Notes: generated by a model from the letters alone, not told the origin. DNA of 64,000 bases from an uncultured Candidatus Actinomarina sp. (GCA_902526825.1 CABZMN010000001.1:7819-71818); one strand, 5' to 3'; counted from the first letter of the stretch, positions 9,681-19,093 are shown. Numbers and translations are program-made.

Positions 9681-10587
9681 TTTAGCAATAATTGGTTCTG
9701 GTCCAGCTGGATATACAGCTGGAATTTATGCTGCAAGGGCCAACCTGGAACCAGTTTTATTTGAAGGGTTAGAGTCTGGTGGACAGTTAATGCTCACTAC
9801 AGATGTTGAAAATTATCCAGGTTTTGATCAAGGAATTATGGGTCCTGAAATGATGCAGGTATTTAAAAATCAAGCTGAAAGGTTTGGAACAAAAATTTTA
9901 ACTGAGACTGTAGATTCAATAGAAAAGATTGAAAATGGATTTAAACTAACAACTTCGAAAAATACTTTTGAGTTCAAAACTGTAATTATTTCATCCGGAG
10001 CATCGGCGAATTGGCTTGATGTAAAGGGAGAAAAAGAGCTGCAAGGACACGGTGTTTCGGCTTGTGCGACTTGTGACGGTTTCTTTTTTAAAGATAAAAA
10101 TGTAATAGTTGTTGGTGGAGGAGATTCGGCTATGGAAGAAGCTTTATTTCTAACTAAGTTCGCAAAAAATATAACTGTTGTCCACAGAAGAGATTCATTT
10201 AGAGCAAGTAAAATAATGCAAGACAGGGTACTTAGTCACGACCAAATTGATGTCTCGTGGAACAAAGAAGTTGTAGAAATTAAAGGTGAGGGTCAAGTTT
10301 CATCTGTTCTTCTTAAAGATAGTCAAACAAATGAGGTGGAAGAAAAAGAAATTGATGGAGTTTTCATAGCTATAGGGCACACACCAAATGTAAGTTTTTT
10401 AAATGGATTTCTAGAGCTTGATGAAAAAGGATATATAAAGACTGGGTCTACTACTGCTACTAGTACTAGCGTCCCTGGTGTCTTTGCAGCAGGAGATGTT
10501 GCTGACTCAATTTATAGACAAGCCGTAACTGCAGCCGGTACCGGATGCCAAGCAGCAATTGATGCTGAAAGGTGGCTTGAAAATTAA
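9673..10587 (+). CDS. trxB: Thioredoxin-disulfide reductase
   Basis: IIGSGPAGYTAGIYAA, redox-active ACATCDG, VVGGGDSAMEEA and GDVAD. Confidence 0.92.
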   Translation: MDDLAIIGSGPAGYTAGIYAARANLEPVLFEGLESGGQLMLTTDVENYPGFDQGIMGPEMMQVFKNQAERFGTKILTETVDSIEKIENGFKLTTSKNTFEFKTVIISSGASANWLDVKGEKELQGHGVSACATCDGFFFKDKNVIVVGGGDSAMEEALFLTKFAKNITVVHRRDSFRASKIMQDRVLSHDQIDVSWNKEVVEIKGEGQVSSVLLKDSQTNEVEEKEIDGVFIAIGHTPNVSFLNGFLELDEKGYIKTGSTTATSTSVPGVFAAGDVADSIYRQAVTAAGTGCQAAIDAERWLEN

Positions 10588-11527
10588 ATTTGATTTATCT
10601 TCTATTGTTGATAACTTATCGAATGACGAAGTTGAAGATTTAAAAAATAAATTAAATTATGTTGGCTACTCAACCAACCAAGATATTAACGAGTTAAAGA
10701 CAGTTGTTGAAATATTTGTCGATGACAATAATTTAGAAAACATAAACAATAAAGAAGATCTTTGGGAAGAACTCATTAATTTTGGATACAAACTTGGAGA
10801 CAGAATATTAAGTTTTAATACCAAGGAACTTTATGGTTCAGATGTTGAAGAACTCCAAGAACTTTTATCAAGAATGGGTTTTTATTCCGAACCTATCAAC
10901 GGAATATATTCAAATTCTGTTGTTGAGGCTGTAACAAGATTCCAAGAAAACAGAGGCTTAACTATTGATGGGGTGGTTGGGCTTAATACTGTTTATGAAA
11001 TTAGAAATTTGGTAAGGCCTGGTCAAGAGATCTCTTTAAACGAAGCAATAAAGTCAATTTCACCAAACCTTACTACTGGAACAATAGGTTTTAATGTTTG
11101 TTTTGATGTTCCAAATTTAGGAAGTTATAAAGAACAAATAAAATTTTATGATCAGATCAAAAAAAGTTGCATAAATCATGGAATTATTTCAATATTTGCA
11201 TCAGAAATTAATGAAGAACTAAACCTTAAAAATAAAATACAATATATTAACAATCTTCAACCGACTTTGTTTGTTTCGTTTAATAACTCAGAAGAGGAAT
11301 CAGTTAATTTCTTTAAAGGAAGGTTTTCTGAGAGTGTTGTTGGAAAAAAAGTTGCAGAACATTTATCTGAAACTTTGAAAATTGAATCAATAGGTAAGTC
11401 CTCAAACATTCTTAAAGAAACAAAATCAGTTGGAATTGTCATAAATGGTAAATTTTACCAAAAATTAGAAATTGATAATTTAATACAATCATTGGTTGAT
11501 TCTTTAAAGAATCAGTTTGAAAACTAA
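10559..11527 (+). CDS. CwlM-like protein: peptidoglycan-binding domain plus a degenerate amidase_3-like domain
   Basis: PG_binding_1 motif VTRFQENRGLTIDGVVGLNTVYEI. The C-terminal half has MurNAc-LAA-like spacing but lacks DPGHGG/SIHAN-type ligands (it reads FDVPNLGS and VSFNNS). Its position after trxB matches actinobacterial cwlM. The exact start is uncertain because the listed ORF overlaps trxB by 29 nt. Confidence 0.6.
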   Translation: MMLKGGLKIKFDLSSIVDNLSNDEVEDLKNKLNYVGYSTNQDINELKTVVEIFVDDNNLENINNKEDLWEELINFGYKLGDRILSFNTKELYGSDVEELQELLSRMGFYSEPINGIYSNSVVEAVTRFQENRGLTIDGVVGLNTVYEIRNLVRPGQEISLNEAIKSISPNLTTGTIGFNVCFDVPNLGSYKEQIKFYDQIKKSCINHGIISIFASEINEELNLKNKIQYINNLQPTLFVSFNNSEEESVNFFKGRFSESVVGKKVAEHLSETLKIESIGKSSNILKETKSVGIVINGKFYQKLEIDNLIQSLVDSLKNQFEN

Positions 11528-12321
11528 TTTATTTTATTAACAAACTTATCAAGCTTATCTTTTGAATCAAAGGTAAAAGATAACTTATACTTGTCTTTGC
11601 TTTTATTTATTTTTACTTTTGATCCTGTTTTGTCCTCAAAAAAGTTTTTATAGTGAGTGACTTCTTGATCAGAAATTTTCTCACTACTAAGTTCTCTTAC
11701 TTTATCTTCTACCGCCCTACTTGAGAGCTTTAGGGAAATAATTTCATTTAGAATAGAGTTTTGTAAATTAAATTCTAAATTGATGAGTGGCCGTACTTGC
11801 CCCATTGAGACTTTTTCTTCTTTTAGGGCTTGATAAACTGTGTCGCTTAAATTTGTTAAACGTAGAATATTAGAAACGTGTGCTCTACTTTTACCAACCA
11901 GTAGCCCTATTTCTTCAGGACTTAGATTGAATTTTTCTGATATTTCTTTATAACCCATTGCCTCGTCAACATGGTTTAATCTTTCTCTTTGAATGTTCTC
12001 AACCAGGCCAACAATTGCTGCGTCTCTCTCACTTATGTCTTTTATGAGACAGGGTACTTTTTCTAGGCCGACCATTTTTGATGCTCTTAATCTTCTCTCT
12101 CCTGCAATTAACTTATATTTATTTGGCTCCACTTCTTGAACAATTAGTGGCTGAAGTAAGCCATTTTTTTCGATTGAATTTTTTAACTCATTTAGTTTAT
12201 TTTCGTCAAATGTTGTTCTTGCTTGAGAATTGCTCTCACTAATATTTTGGACATTTATTTCTCTTACCTTATATTCTCTTACATTTGTATCAGTTATAAG
12301 ACTGCTCAATGATCTTTTCAT
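11524..12321 (-). CDS. parB: Chromosome partitioning protein ParB
   Basis: LLQPLIV and KLIAGERRLRAS ParB box, plus an HTH (IGLLVGKSRAHVSN). Confidence 0.92.
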   Translation of the reverse strand: MKRSLSSLITDTNVREYKVREINVQNISESNSQARTTFDENKLNELKNSIEKNGLLQPLIVQEVEPNKYKLIAGERRLRASKMVGLEKVPCLIKDISERDAAIVGLVENIQRERLNHVDEAMGYKEISEKFNLSPEEIGLLVGKSRAHVSNILRLTNLSDTVYQALKEEKVSMGQVRPLINLEFNLQNSILNEIISLKLSSRAVEDKVRELSSEKISDQEVTHYKNFFEDKTGSKVKINKSKDKYKLSFTFDSKDKLDKFVNKIN

Positions 12322-13075
12322 TAATATTCATCCTTTCTAATAATTCATTAGCTAATTGATAAAACTCTTTTTTGGATTTGTTGTCATTGGTAAAATCCTC
12401 AACGGTTTTTAAATAGTATGGGCTATCAGCAACATCTGCCGAGCTTGAAACTTTTGTATTTAAGAGCTTATCTGCCAACAAATACTCGAGTTCTTTTTTA
12501 AAATCAAGATAGCTTGATCTTCCAGTTTCTATTTGGTTTAATACAACCCCTAGGAAAACGGGGTTAACTTTTATTTGTTTTGAAATTGTTTCTTTTGCAA
12601 AAGACATTGCTTGAGAAACTCCTTCTATTGCTAAAAATTCTGGTTTTGTTGGTATTAAATAGAAATCAGAAGCACACAATGCTTCTTGTACAAGTGAACT
12701 CATTGTTGGAGGTGTATCAAAAATTACTATATCAAAGTTTTTAAAAACTAATGATTGCAGAGCTCTTGCTAGAACAGAACCCCCGATTATTTTTTCATTA
12801 TTAAATTTTAGAATAGATTCATTTGAGGGAATTAAGGCTAAATTATCACCATGAAAAGCGATTTCTTTTTCCAATTTTCCTTCTATAAGATCCTGTGAAG
12901 TAAGTATTGATTTATTTTGTTTATCAAAATCAAGATACGTTGAAGTATTACCTTGTGGATCTAAATCAATAATTAGTGTTTTTATTCTATTATTCGAATA
13001 TATTTTTGCAATATTTACAACAATAGTGGTTTTTCCAACACCACCCTTTTGACATAATATGGATAAAGATTTCAC
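12290..13075 (-). CDS. parA: Chromosome partitioning ATPase ParA/Soj
   Basis: Deviant Walker A QKGGVGKTT, with DLDPQGN and IFDTPP. Confidence 0.92.
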   Translation of the reverse strand: MKSLSILCQKGGVGKTTIVVNIAKIYSNNRIKTLIIDLDPQGNTSTYLDFDKQNKSILTSQDLIEGKLEKEIAFHGDNLALIPSNESILKFNNEKIIGGSVLARALQSLVFKNFDIVIFDTPPTMSSLVQEALCASDFYLIPTKPEFLAIEGVSQAMSFAKETISKQIKVNPVFLGVVLNQIETGRSSYLDFKKELEYLLADKLLNTKVSSSADVADSPYYLKTVEDFTNDNKSKKEFYQLANELLERMNINEKIIEQSYN

Positions 13076-13689
13076 ATATCAGTTATAACATCTATATAAC
13101 GAAAATTATTTTTATTTATGAGAAACTTTTCTTGTTTCACGTGAAACATTGTATTAAATATTTCTGATGATTTAGAGCTAGATGAAACAAATATGATTAA
13201 ATTGTTATCTTTTATTTGTTTTTTTTCTAATGTTTTCAGAATATTAGAGGTTGAAACATAGCATCTCATTACAATTATTGAGTTTTTTGCCTCTTTTAGA
13301 ATTGTTTTTGCATCTTTTTTTGTGGGTTTAGCGTTGTTCAAATTTAAAATTTTTACTAATCTTTCCAGTTCATATATTCTTTTTTGTTTGTTGTCTACTA
13401 ATGAAACATTTGTTTTGTTTACAATTGAGATGGGTATGCCTGGTATTCCAGCTCCTGTCCCAAGATCAATAACTTCACATTCACTTAAATTTTTGAATTT
13501 TTTAATTAATTTTGCAAAATAAAGTGAGTGAATTATAAATTCATCCCAAATAAATTGATCTGTTTTTTTACTAATTAAACCCGTCTTTATGGCAGTATTT
13601 TTTAGCCATGCATGATATTCAAATAATTTATCTTGATGTTTTTTAAAGCCGTCTAAACCCCACTCTGGTATTTGGGGTTCAAAACTCAT
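13072..13689 (-). CDS. rsmG: 16S rRNA (guanine527-N7)-methyltransferase
   Basis: SAM motif VIDLGTGAGIPGIPI and the conserved position between jag and parA. Confidence 0.85.
   Translation of the reverse strand: MSFEPQIPEWGLDGFKKHQDKLFEYHAWLKNTAIKTGLISKKTDQFIWDEFIIHSLYFAKLIKKFKNLSECEVIDLGTGAGIPGIPISIVNKTNVSLVDNKQKRIYELERLVKILNLNNAKPTKKDAKTILKEAKNSIIVMRCYVSTSNILKTLEKKQIKDNNLIIFVSSSSKSSEIFNTMFHVKQEKFLINKNNFRYIDVITDM
13133..13148. promoter_or_regulatory. parS centromere-like site TGTTTCACGTGAAACA
   Basis: Exact 16-bp match to the canonical parS palindrome. It sits inside the 3' end of rsmG, immediately upstream of parA-parB. Confidence 0.85.
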
Positions 13690-14438
13690 TCTTCTTCGTT
13701 GCTACTAGGTGCAAAAACTACTGATCTATATGGCTCTCTGCCTTCAGAATATGATTTAATTCCATCTATTTCTGCTACAGCATCATGAAGGGTCTTTCTG
13801 TCTACAGAGTTCATTGGTTCGAGCATAACTTCCTGTTTATCCTCTAATATTTGTTTAGTAAGTCTCTCAGCATAAATTGTTAGAGCCTCTTTCCTTTTTA
13901 AAGCATAATCTGCCACATCAAGTCTTAGTCTTGTTCCAGCGCCTGTTTTTCTTTGAACTGCTGTTCGTGTTAGTTCATGAAGTGACCTAATAATAATTCC
14001 TTTTTCCCCTACAAGGGCTTCGGTTTGTTCTCCTTTAACGTTTACAACAAGATTTTTATCTTCAACTTCCCCTTCAACTTTTCCATCAAGGCCAAAAGAG
14101 TCAATTAGTCCTTGTAAAAAATCAACTGATACCTTTAATTGTTCATTGGGGTCTGCTTCAACCCTTGGTTTTTTTGGCTCATAGCTTCTTTTTTCTCTTT
14201 TTCTATTGTCTCTTTTATTCCTTTGTTTGTATTGTCTCGAGTTGTTGTTTTTAAAACCAGATCTTACTGAGATTCTTACAAGGGCTTTTGTCCCTCCGAC
14301 CCCAAAAACTCCACCTTCAGGTTCGCGTAAAATACTTATGTTGGCTTCGGTTGCATCCTCTAAATTAAGCTCTTTCAAACCTGCTTTAATTGCATCATCA
14401 ATGGTTTTTGCTTCAACCTCTACCCATTTGTCTGACAT
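13686..14438 (-). CDS. Jag/KhpB-type RNA-binding protein (Jag_N, KH, R3H)
   Basis: N-terminal Jag-like domain, a basic linker, and a C-terminal R3H-like region (LEPMNSVDRKTLHDAV). Conserved position after yidC. Confidence 0.8.
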   Translation of the reverse strand: MSDKWVEVEAKTIDDAIKAGLKELNLEDATEANISILREPEGGVFGVGGTKALVRISVRSGFKNNNSRQYKQRNKRDNRKREKRSYEPKKPRVEADPNEQLKVSVDFLQGLIDSFGLDGKVEGEVEDKNLVVNVKGEQTEALVGEKGIIIRSLHELTRTAVQRKTGAGTRLRLDVADYALKRKEALTIYAERLTKQILEDKQEVMLEPMNSVDRKTLHDAVAEIDGIKSYSEGREPYRSVVFAPSSNEEE

Positions 14439-15256
14439 TATTTTCTCCTTCTTTTTTTTCTGTTTTTGCGAGGGTCTTCTTGTTGCTTGGTTTCCGGTGT
14501 TTCCTCGTTCTCTTCATTCTCTTTTTCAGTTTTGTCACTTGTTTCTTCTTTGTCTTCTATACGAATAATTAAGGCTTGTTGACCAATTCTGAAAATATTT
14601 CCTGTCAAGAAATATACGACAAGGCCTGAAGGCAAAGTCCAGGAAATGAATCCAAAAAATATTGGCATAACCTTTCCAATCATTTGCATTTGCTGTGCTT
14701 GTGGGTTGTCGCTTTTTCCTTGTTTTTTTGTAATTTGTTGTTGTTGAAATAGTGCGGTTGCAACAACCATTAAAATAAGAACAATATATGGAGCTCTTTC
14801 TACCCATCCTGATATTTCAGATGCAGGTATTTGAAGATCCATGTTAAAGAAAAGAATATTTATATTGTTTTCTAGGTCTGAAAATAAAGAATCAGATTTT
14901 GGAATAAACAAGAGCGGCTCTCTCAACACTCTAAACAAAGCAAACCAAACAGGCATTTGTACTAATAAAGGAACAACACAACCAAGCGGGTTGATTCCTT
15001 TTTCTTTATAAAATGCTGCTATTTCTTTGTTTAATTCTTCTTTATTGTCTTTATGTTTTTTTTGTAGCTTCTTGAGCTCTGGTTGAACATCTTGCATTCT
15101 TTTGGTAGACCTTGTTTGTCTAAGGGTTAATGGGAAAATAATTATATTAATTATGACTGTCAAAACGGCTATTGAAACACCATATGAGGGGACATATCCG
15201 TAAACAAATGAAAGCAAAAAGCCAATAGCTAGTGCAAAAGGTTCAATTATTGCCAA
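14438..15256 (-). CDS. yidC: Membrane protein insertase YidC (short Gram-positive type) with a highly basic C-terminal tail
   Basis: IIFPLTLRQTRSTKRMQ...QPELKKLQKKHKDNKE, GINPLGCVVPLLVQMPVWFALF and PSGLVVYFLTGNIF. The tail ends in RKNRKKRRRK. Confidence 0.9.
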   Translation of the reverse strand: MAIIEPFALAIGFLLSFVYGYVPSYGVSIAVLTVIINIIIFPLTLRQTRSTKRMQDVQPELKKLQKKHKDNKEELNKEIAAFYKEKGINPLGCVVPLLVQMPVWFALFRVLREPLLFIPKSDSLFSDLENNINILFFNMDLQIPASEISGWVERAPYIVLILMVVATALFQQQQITKKQGKSDNPQAQQMQMIGKVMPIFFGFISWTLPSGLVVYFLTGNIFRIGQQALIIRIEDKEETSDKTEKENEENEETPETKQQEDPRKNRKKRRRK

Positions 15257-15459
15257 TTTTTACCAAACTTTCTATATAAGGGATTACACTTATAAACCCT
15301 TTCTATAAAAAGAGGGAAAGTCCTAATTAAACCATTATTTTCAAGACTTTCTCTTATCGCGCTTGAACAGGTTGGGTAATATAAACAATTACCCTGACCA
15401 ACGCCAAAGAGTCCAAGCAGTGAACGAAACACTGTAAACAAAATGTTTGTTATCTTCAT
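15247..15459 (-). CDS. yidD: Membrane protein insertion efficiency factor YidD
   Basis: CLYYPTCSSA...ERVYKCNP matches the YidD C..PTCS...R..RC.P pattern. Confidence 0.85.
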   Translation of the reverse strand: MKITNILFTVFRSLLGLFGVGQGNCLYYPTCSSAIRESLENNGLIRTFPLFIERVYKCNPLYRKFGKNWQ

Positions 15460-15779
15460 TTTTTAATTAGTTTGGGATGAGAAGAAATTATTTTTTGTAT
15501 TTCTAAAATCTTTAAATTTAAGTTTTTTTTCGATCCAACAATGTAAATATCAAAACTTTCTTTATCTTCTAAACCCCTAACTGCCTCTTTAATCCTTCTT
15601 TTAAATTTATTACGTTCTACTGCGGTTGTCTGCTTACTTGAGATACTTATACCAAGTCTTGAAACTTTTTCTTGGTTTTTCTCTATATAAACCTTTAATC
15701 CTTTTTCAGTAAAACAATTTGTTTCTTTTTTCAGTCTGAAAAAATCATTTTTCTTATTCAGTGCAGTAAATCTAACCAA
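15456..15779 (-). CDS. rnpA: Ribonuclease P protein component
   Basis: Small basic protein with the VERNKFKRRIKEAVR (RNR-like) motif, located between rpmH and yidD. Confidence 0.85.
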   Translation of the reverse strand: MVRFTALNKKNDFFRLKKETNCFTEKGLKVYIEKNQEKVSRLGISISSKQTTAVERNKFKRRIKEAVRGLEDKESFDIYIVGSKKNLNLKILEIQKIISSHPKLIKK

Positions 15780-15784
15780 TTAGC

Positions 15785-15919
15785 TTATGCAGAAAGTGTT
15801 TTTCTACCTTTTCTTCTTCTTCTTTTAAGAATTTCTCTGCCAGCTCTGGTGCTCATTCTCGATCTAAAACCGTGTTTTCTACTTCTTTTTCTATTACTAG
15901 GTTGATAAGTTCTTTTCAT
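15785..15919 (-). CDS. rpmH: 50S ribosomal protein L34
   Basis: Below the ORF-track size cutoff. My translation is [44 protein letters not shown], the canonical L34 sequence. Confidence 0.95.
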   Translation of the reverse strand: MKRTYQPSNRKRSRKHGFRSRMSTRAGREILKRRRRKGRKTLSA

Positions 15920-15990
15920 TTTTCTTCCTGTTTAAACACAATATATTAAAAAATTATTTAAACAAAGTAAATTAATATTTAATTTCAAAG

Positions 15991-16028
15991 TTCGCGAAAA
16001 CAAAACTATCTTCGCGAAAACAAAACTA
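15991..16028. repeat. Two direct copies of TTCGCGAAAACAAAACTA spaced 20 bp apart, in the rpmH-dnaA spacer
   Basis: Exact 18-nt copies at 15991..16008 and 16011..16028. Each begins with the GC-rich palindrome TTCGCGAA, which is conspicuous in AT-rich DNA. Confidence 0.9.
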
Positions 16029-16155
16029 ACTAGGTTTTATAATCTGAAATTAACTTATTGTTTTTCTTATTATTTCCTCAAATAAAACCAGCAATAAGTG
16101 GGTTTTTAGTTGTTGTGTCTTTGTTTTCTAAAAATTAATATGTTTTTGCCACTCT

Positions 16156-17496
16156 ATGATTTACGAAGCAATTTTATTAAATTTGTTCAGAATGAGTAAT
16201 TTACTTAAAGAGTTTAAATCTAAAATACACAAACTAGATTTATCTAAAACTGAAAGATATTGGTTAGAACAAGTAAATTTTGAAATTGAAAATGAGTCTT
16301 TAAGTATTTTGGTAGGATCAGACTTTGTAAAATCATCAATTGAGAAAAAACTATATAAAAAAATCAAAAAAACTTTCAACATAAGCACGGGATTTAAAGA
16401 ATGTGTTTTTGTTTTGGATAAGAATATGAAAAAAGATTTTCAAGCATATGAATTTGAAGAAAAAAAGGAAACCCTGTTAAAAAACCAAGAAGAGATAAAA
16501 GAAGTTCAGCCAGATTTATCTGTTTTTGATGAGATGTTTGTCGGACCCTCTAATAATCTTTCAATAACGGCAGCAAAAAATGTTGTTAAAGATCCTGGTG
16601 GGCGTTTTAACCCTCTTTTTATTTATGGATCACCGGGGGTTGGTAAAACATATCTTCTAAAAACTATTGAAAAAGCTCACCCCTCTTCTTTTTATATTGA
16701 TTCTGAATCTTTTTTAGATTCATATATTCAAGGAATAAAAAATAAAGATATAGATATTTTTAAATCAAGAATAAGATCTGTCGATATTTTACTGGTAGAT
16801 GATATTCAGTTTTTTATGGGGAAAAAGGGTGTTTCTGAGGAGCTTTTCCACACTATTAATTATTTTTTAAACAATCAGAAAGCTGTTGTTTTGGTTTCAG
16901 ATCAAAAACCAAATAAGCTTCTAGGATTTCCAGATCGCCTAATTTCAAGAATTTTAAACGGTTTGGTTACTGATATTGAAAAACCTGATGAAGAGATGTT
17001 TCTTAAGGCTGTTGAGAAAGCAAACGTTGAACAGGGTGGTTATTTGATTTCTAAAGAAGAGATTCAAAAAATAAGTGGATTAAGGGTCGATAGTTTTAGA
17101 GATATAAATGGAATTGTTAACCAGCTCTTAATAAATAAACAAACAGGAAAGAGTAATTTTGATTATATTAAGGAGTTGGTTTCTTTTTCAAACGCTGGTT
17201 TTGTAGAGTCTGTTGGTCCTGATCTTATATTGGATTACGTTTCAAAGGTGTTTCAAGTTGATAAAAACCTTATATCTTCAAAAAATAGGACGTCGAAGGT
17301 AAATGAGTCTAGGAGACTTTTTGCATCTCTGGCCAGGAAACATACAGATCTGTCATTAAACCAGATAGGTTTATATCTTGGTGGTAGAAGCCACTCTACG
17401 GTTTTAAGCTATATTGATAAATCTAAAGACTCACCTTTGGTGGTCAAAGAAATAAACAATTTCGACAGTTCACTCTCTATAAAAGAGGTTGGTTAA
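16156..17496 (+). CDS. dnaA: Chromosomal replication initiator DnaA
   Basis: FVGPSNNLS, Walker A GSPGVGKTYLL, LLVDDIQF, and a C-terminal DNA-binding domain (GGRSHSTVLSY). An alternative start at ATG 16192 (MSNLLKEF...) is plausible. Confidence 0.92.
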   Translation: MIYEAILLNLFRMSNLLKEFKSKIHKLDLSKTERYWLEQVNFEIENESLSILVGSDFVKSSIEKKLYKKIKKTFNISTGFKECVFVLDKNMKKDFQAYEFEEKKETLLKNQEEIKEVQPDLSVFDEMFVGPSNNLSITAAKNVVKDPGGRFNPLFIYGSPGVGKTYLLKTIEKAHPSSFYIDSESFLDSYIQGIKNKDIDIFKSRIRSVDILLVDDIQFFMGKKGVSEELFHTINYFLNNQKAVVLVSDQKPNKLLGFPDRLISRILNGLVTDIEKPDEEMFLKAVEKANVEQGGYLISKEEIQKISGLRVDSFRDINGIVNQLLINKQTGKSNFDYIKELVSFSNAGFVESVGPDLILDYVSKVFQVDKNLISSKNRTSKVNESRRLFASLARKHTDLSLNQIGLYLGGRSHSTVLSYIDKSKDSPLVVKEINNFDSSLSIKEVG

Positions 17497-17613
17497 TTCT
17501 TTGTCGGTTTTGTTGTCTTTTCACTCCTATAAAATCCTTTTTGTAAATTGGTTTTTTTTCTATTTATACATGTCAGACGTTCTTATTATTATTAAATTTA
17601 TAAAAGATTAAGT

Positions 17614-18729
17614 ATGAAGTTTAAAACACAAACAAGCGTATTAAAAGAAGTGGTTTCTTCTGTTTCTAGAGTTGTTAACCCTAGACCTTCAACGCCAGCT
17701 TTAACAGGTCTTTACCTTCAAGCGACGGAAGGCTTTGTAGAGGTGATAGGTTCTGATCTTGACATAACAATTAAGTCAAAGATAGCTGTTGATGTAGACG
17801 TTGAAGGAAATTGTCTTGTTAATTCGAATAAACTATCAGAAATTGTAAGAAAACTTCCCGAAGGAGAGGTTGTGTTTTCTGATGTAGGAAGTGAATTAAA
17901 AATAGAAACTAAATCATTAGACTTCACTTTAAGAAAACTAGAAGACCAGGATTACCCAGAAGCGTTCTTAAAAAAACATGAAAAAGACGAACAAACACAA
18001 GAGGTGTTGGTTTCAGAGTTGTTTGATTCATTAAAGAACGTTGGTATCGCCTCTACTCCAGAGGGTGGGAGACCTGTCTTAACAGGTGTTTACTTCAACA
18101 ATCAAGACGAAAAAACAGAACTAGCGGCAACAGACAGTTACCGACTAGCAACACAACAAATTAGCAACTTCCCAATTAATGACGTAGGAATTATTTCATT
18201 TAAATCTTTAAGCGAAGTCATAAGGCTTTTTGAAAACGAAGAAGAAACGCTGAACATTAACTCAAACGAAAAAGACCTTTATTTTTTTAATGATAAATAT
18301 TTTGCTTCATTACGAAAAGTCGAAGGAACTTTTCCAGAATATCAAAACCTTTTTCCTAAAGAAACATTATTCACAGCAAAAATTGACAAAAAAGAAATAT
18401 TAGAAAGCCTTGATCGATCAACTGTCGTTGCTGAGGGGTATATACCCGTAACCTTTATTTTTGAAAATAATGAAAACTTAACAATCACAACACTTAATAA
18501 AGATGTTGGTGGTGGAAATGAAAGTTTAAATATAAAAATTCTCGGTGTTGAAACAGGGGATATAAACGGTTTTCAAATGTCTTTCAATCCGAATTTCTTA
18601 ATTCAAGGCATCGAAGTGTTAGAAGGCAATAAGGTTTATATAAGGTTCTCAGGAAATGAAAAACCTGTGGTAGTACAAGGAGAATCAGAGAACTACAAAT
18701 ATCTCTTAATGCCAGTAAGAGCCTCGTGA
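17614..18729 (+). CDS. dnaN: DNA polymerase III beta sliding clamp
   Basis: 371 aa with PALTGLYL, LAATDSYRLA and the C-terminal LLMPVR. Confidence 0.92.
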   Translation: MKFKTQTSVLKEVVSSVSRVVNPRPSTPALTGLYLQATEGFVEVIGSDLDITIKSKIAVDVDVEGNCLVNSNKLSEIVRKLPEGEVVFSDVGSELKIETKSLDFTLRKLEDQDYPEAFLKKHEKDEQTQEVLVSELFDSLKNVGIASTPEGGRPVLTGVYFNNQDEKTELAATDSYRLATQQISNFPINDVGIISFKSLSEVIRLFENEEETLNINSNEKDLYFFNDKYFASLRKVEGTFPEYQNLFPKETLFTAKIDKKEILESLDRSTVVAEGYIPVTFIFENNENLTITTLNKDVGGGNESLNIKILGVETGDINGFQMSFNPNFLIQGIEVLEGNKVYIRFSGNEKPVVVQGESENYKYLLMPVRAS

Positions 18730-19016
18730 AACAAACAAGCGGACCTGAAAAAATAAATATTGAAGAAAACAGTGCTGGAATAAATTTTAAAAAATCAGAA
18801 CAAGTTAAAAAACACCTTAACAACTCTTCCTACCCTTGGAAGGATGAAATATCTTCAGGACCAGTAATTAACGACAGTCTTGTAATTTATGTCAACTCAA
18901 AAAGACTAAAAGACATAATTGAACTAGAGTCTCTAAAAATAATTAACAATATAGAAAAAAAGCTTGGATTTTCGGTGAATTCTATACGTGTTGAAATGCA
19001 AAATAGCCAACAATAA
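18726..19016 (+). CDS. DUF721/DciA-like small protein
   Basis: 96-aa ORF with a GTG start that overlaps the dnaN stop. It occupies the slot of actinobacterial Rv0004 (DUF721) directly before gyrB. The assignment rests mainly on synteny. Confidence 0.5.
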   Translation: MKQTSGPEKINIEENSAGINFKKSEQVKKHLNNSSYPWKDEISSGPVINDSLVIYVNSKRLKDIIELESLKIINNIEKKLGFSVNSIRVEMQNSQQ

Positions 19017-19093
19017 TAACGTATTTCTACTAAAATAAGAGTTCAGCAAGGGGCTGTGCTTAATATAGAAAAGAAGCGTATCTTAGGAGATCC

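Noticed and set aside
14206-14807. ORFs 14206..14568 (+), 14390..14572 (+) and 14535..14807 (-), within or antisense to jag and yidC
   Set aside because: They overlap confidently assigned jag and yidC genes. Low-complexity AT-rich sequence readily yields spurious antisense or off-frame ORFs. The same reasoning applies to the many other 60-155 aa track ORFs nested in the assigned genes (for example 1555..1842, 3561..3815, 4884..5144, 6855..7322, 19117..20664, 25844..26149, 31575..32019, 38285..38605, 46035..46405, 50843..51203, 58588..58809).
15920-16155. A canonical oriC with DnaA-box clusters
   Set aside because: I could not find TTATCCACA or TTGTCCACA-type 9-mers in the rpmH-dnaA spacer or in the dnaA-dnaN spacer (17497..17613). 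I therefore did not annotate an origin and report only the repeat element.
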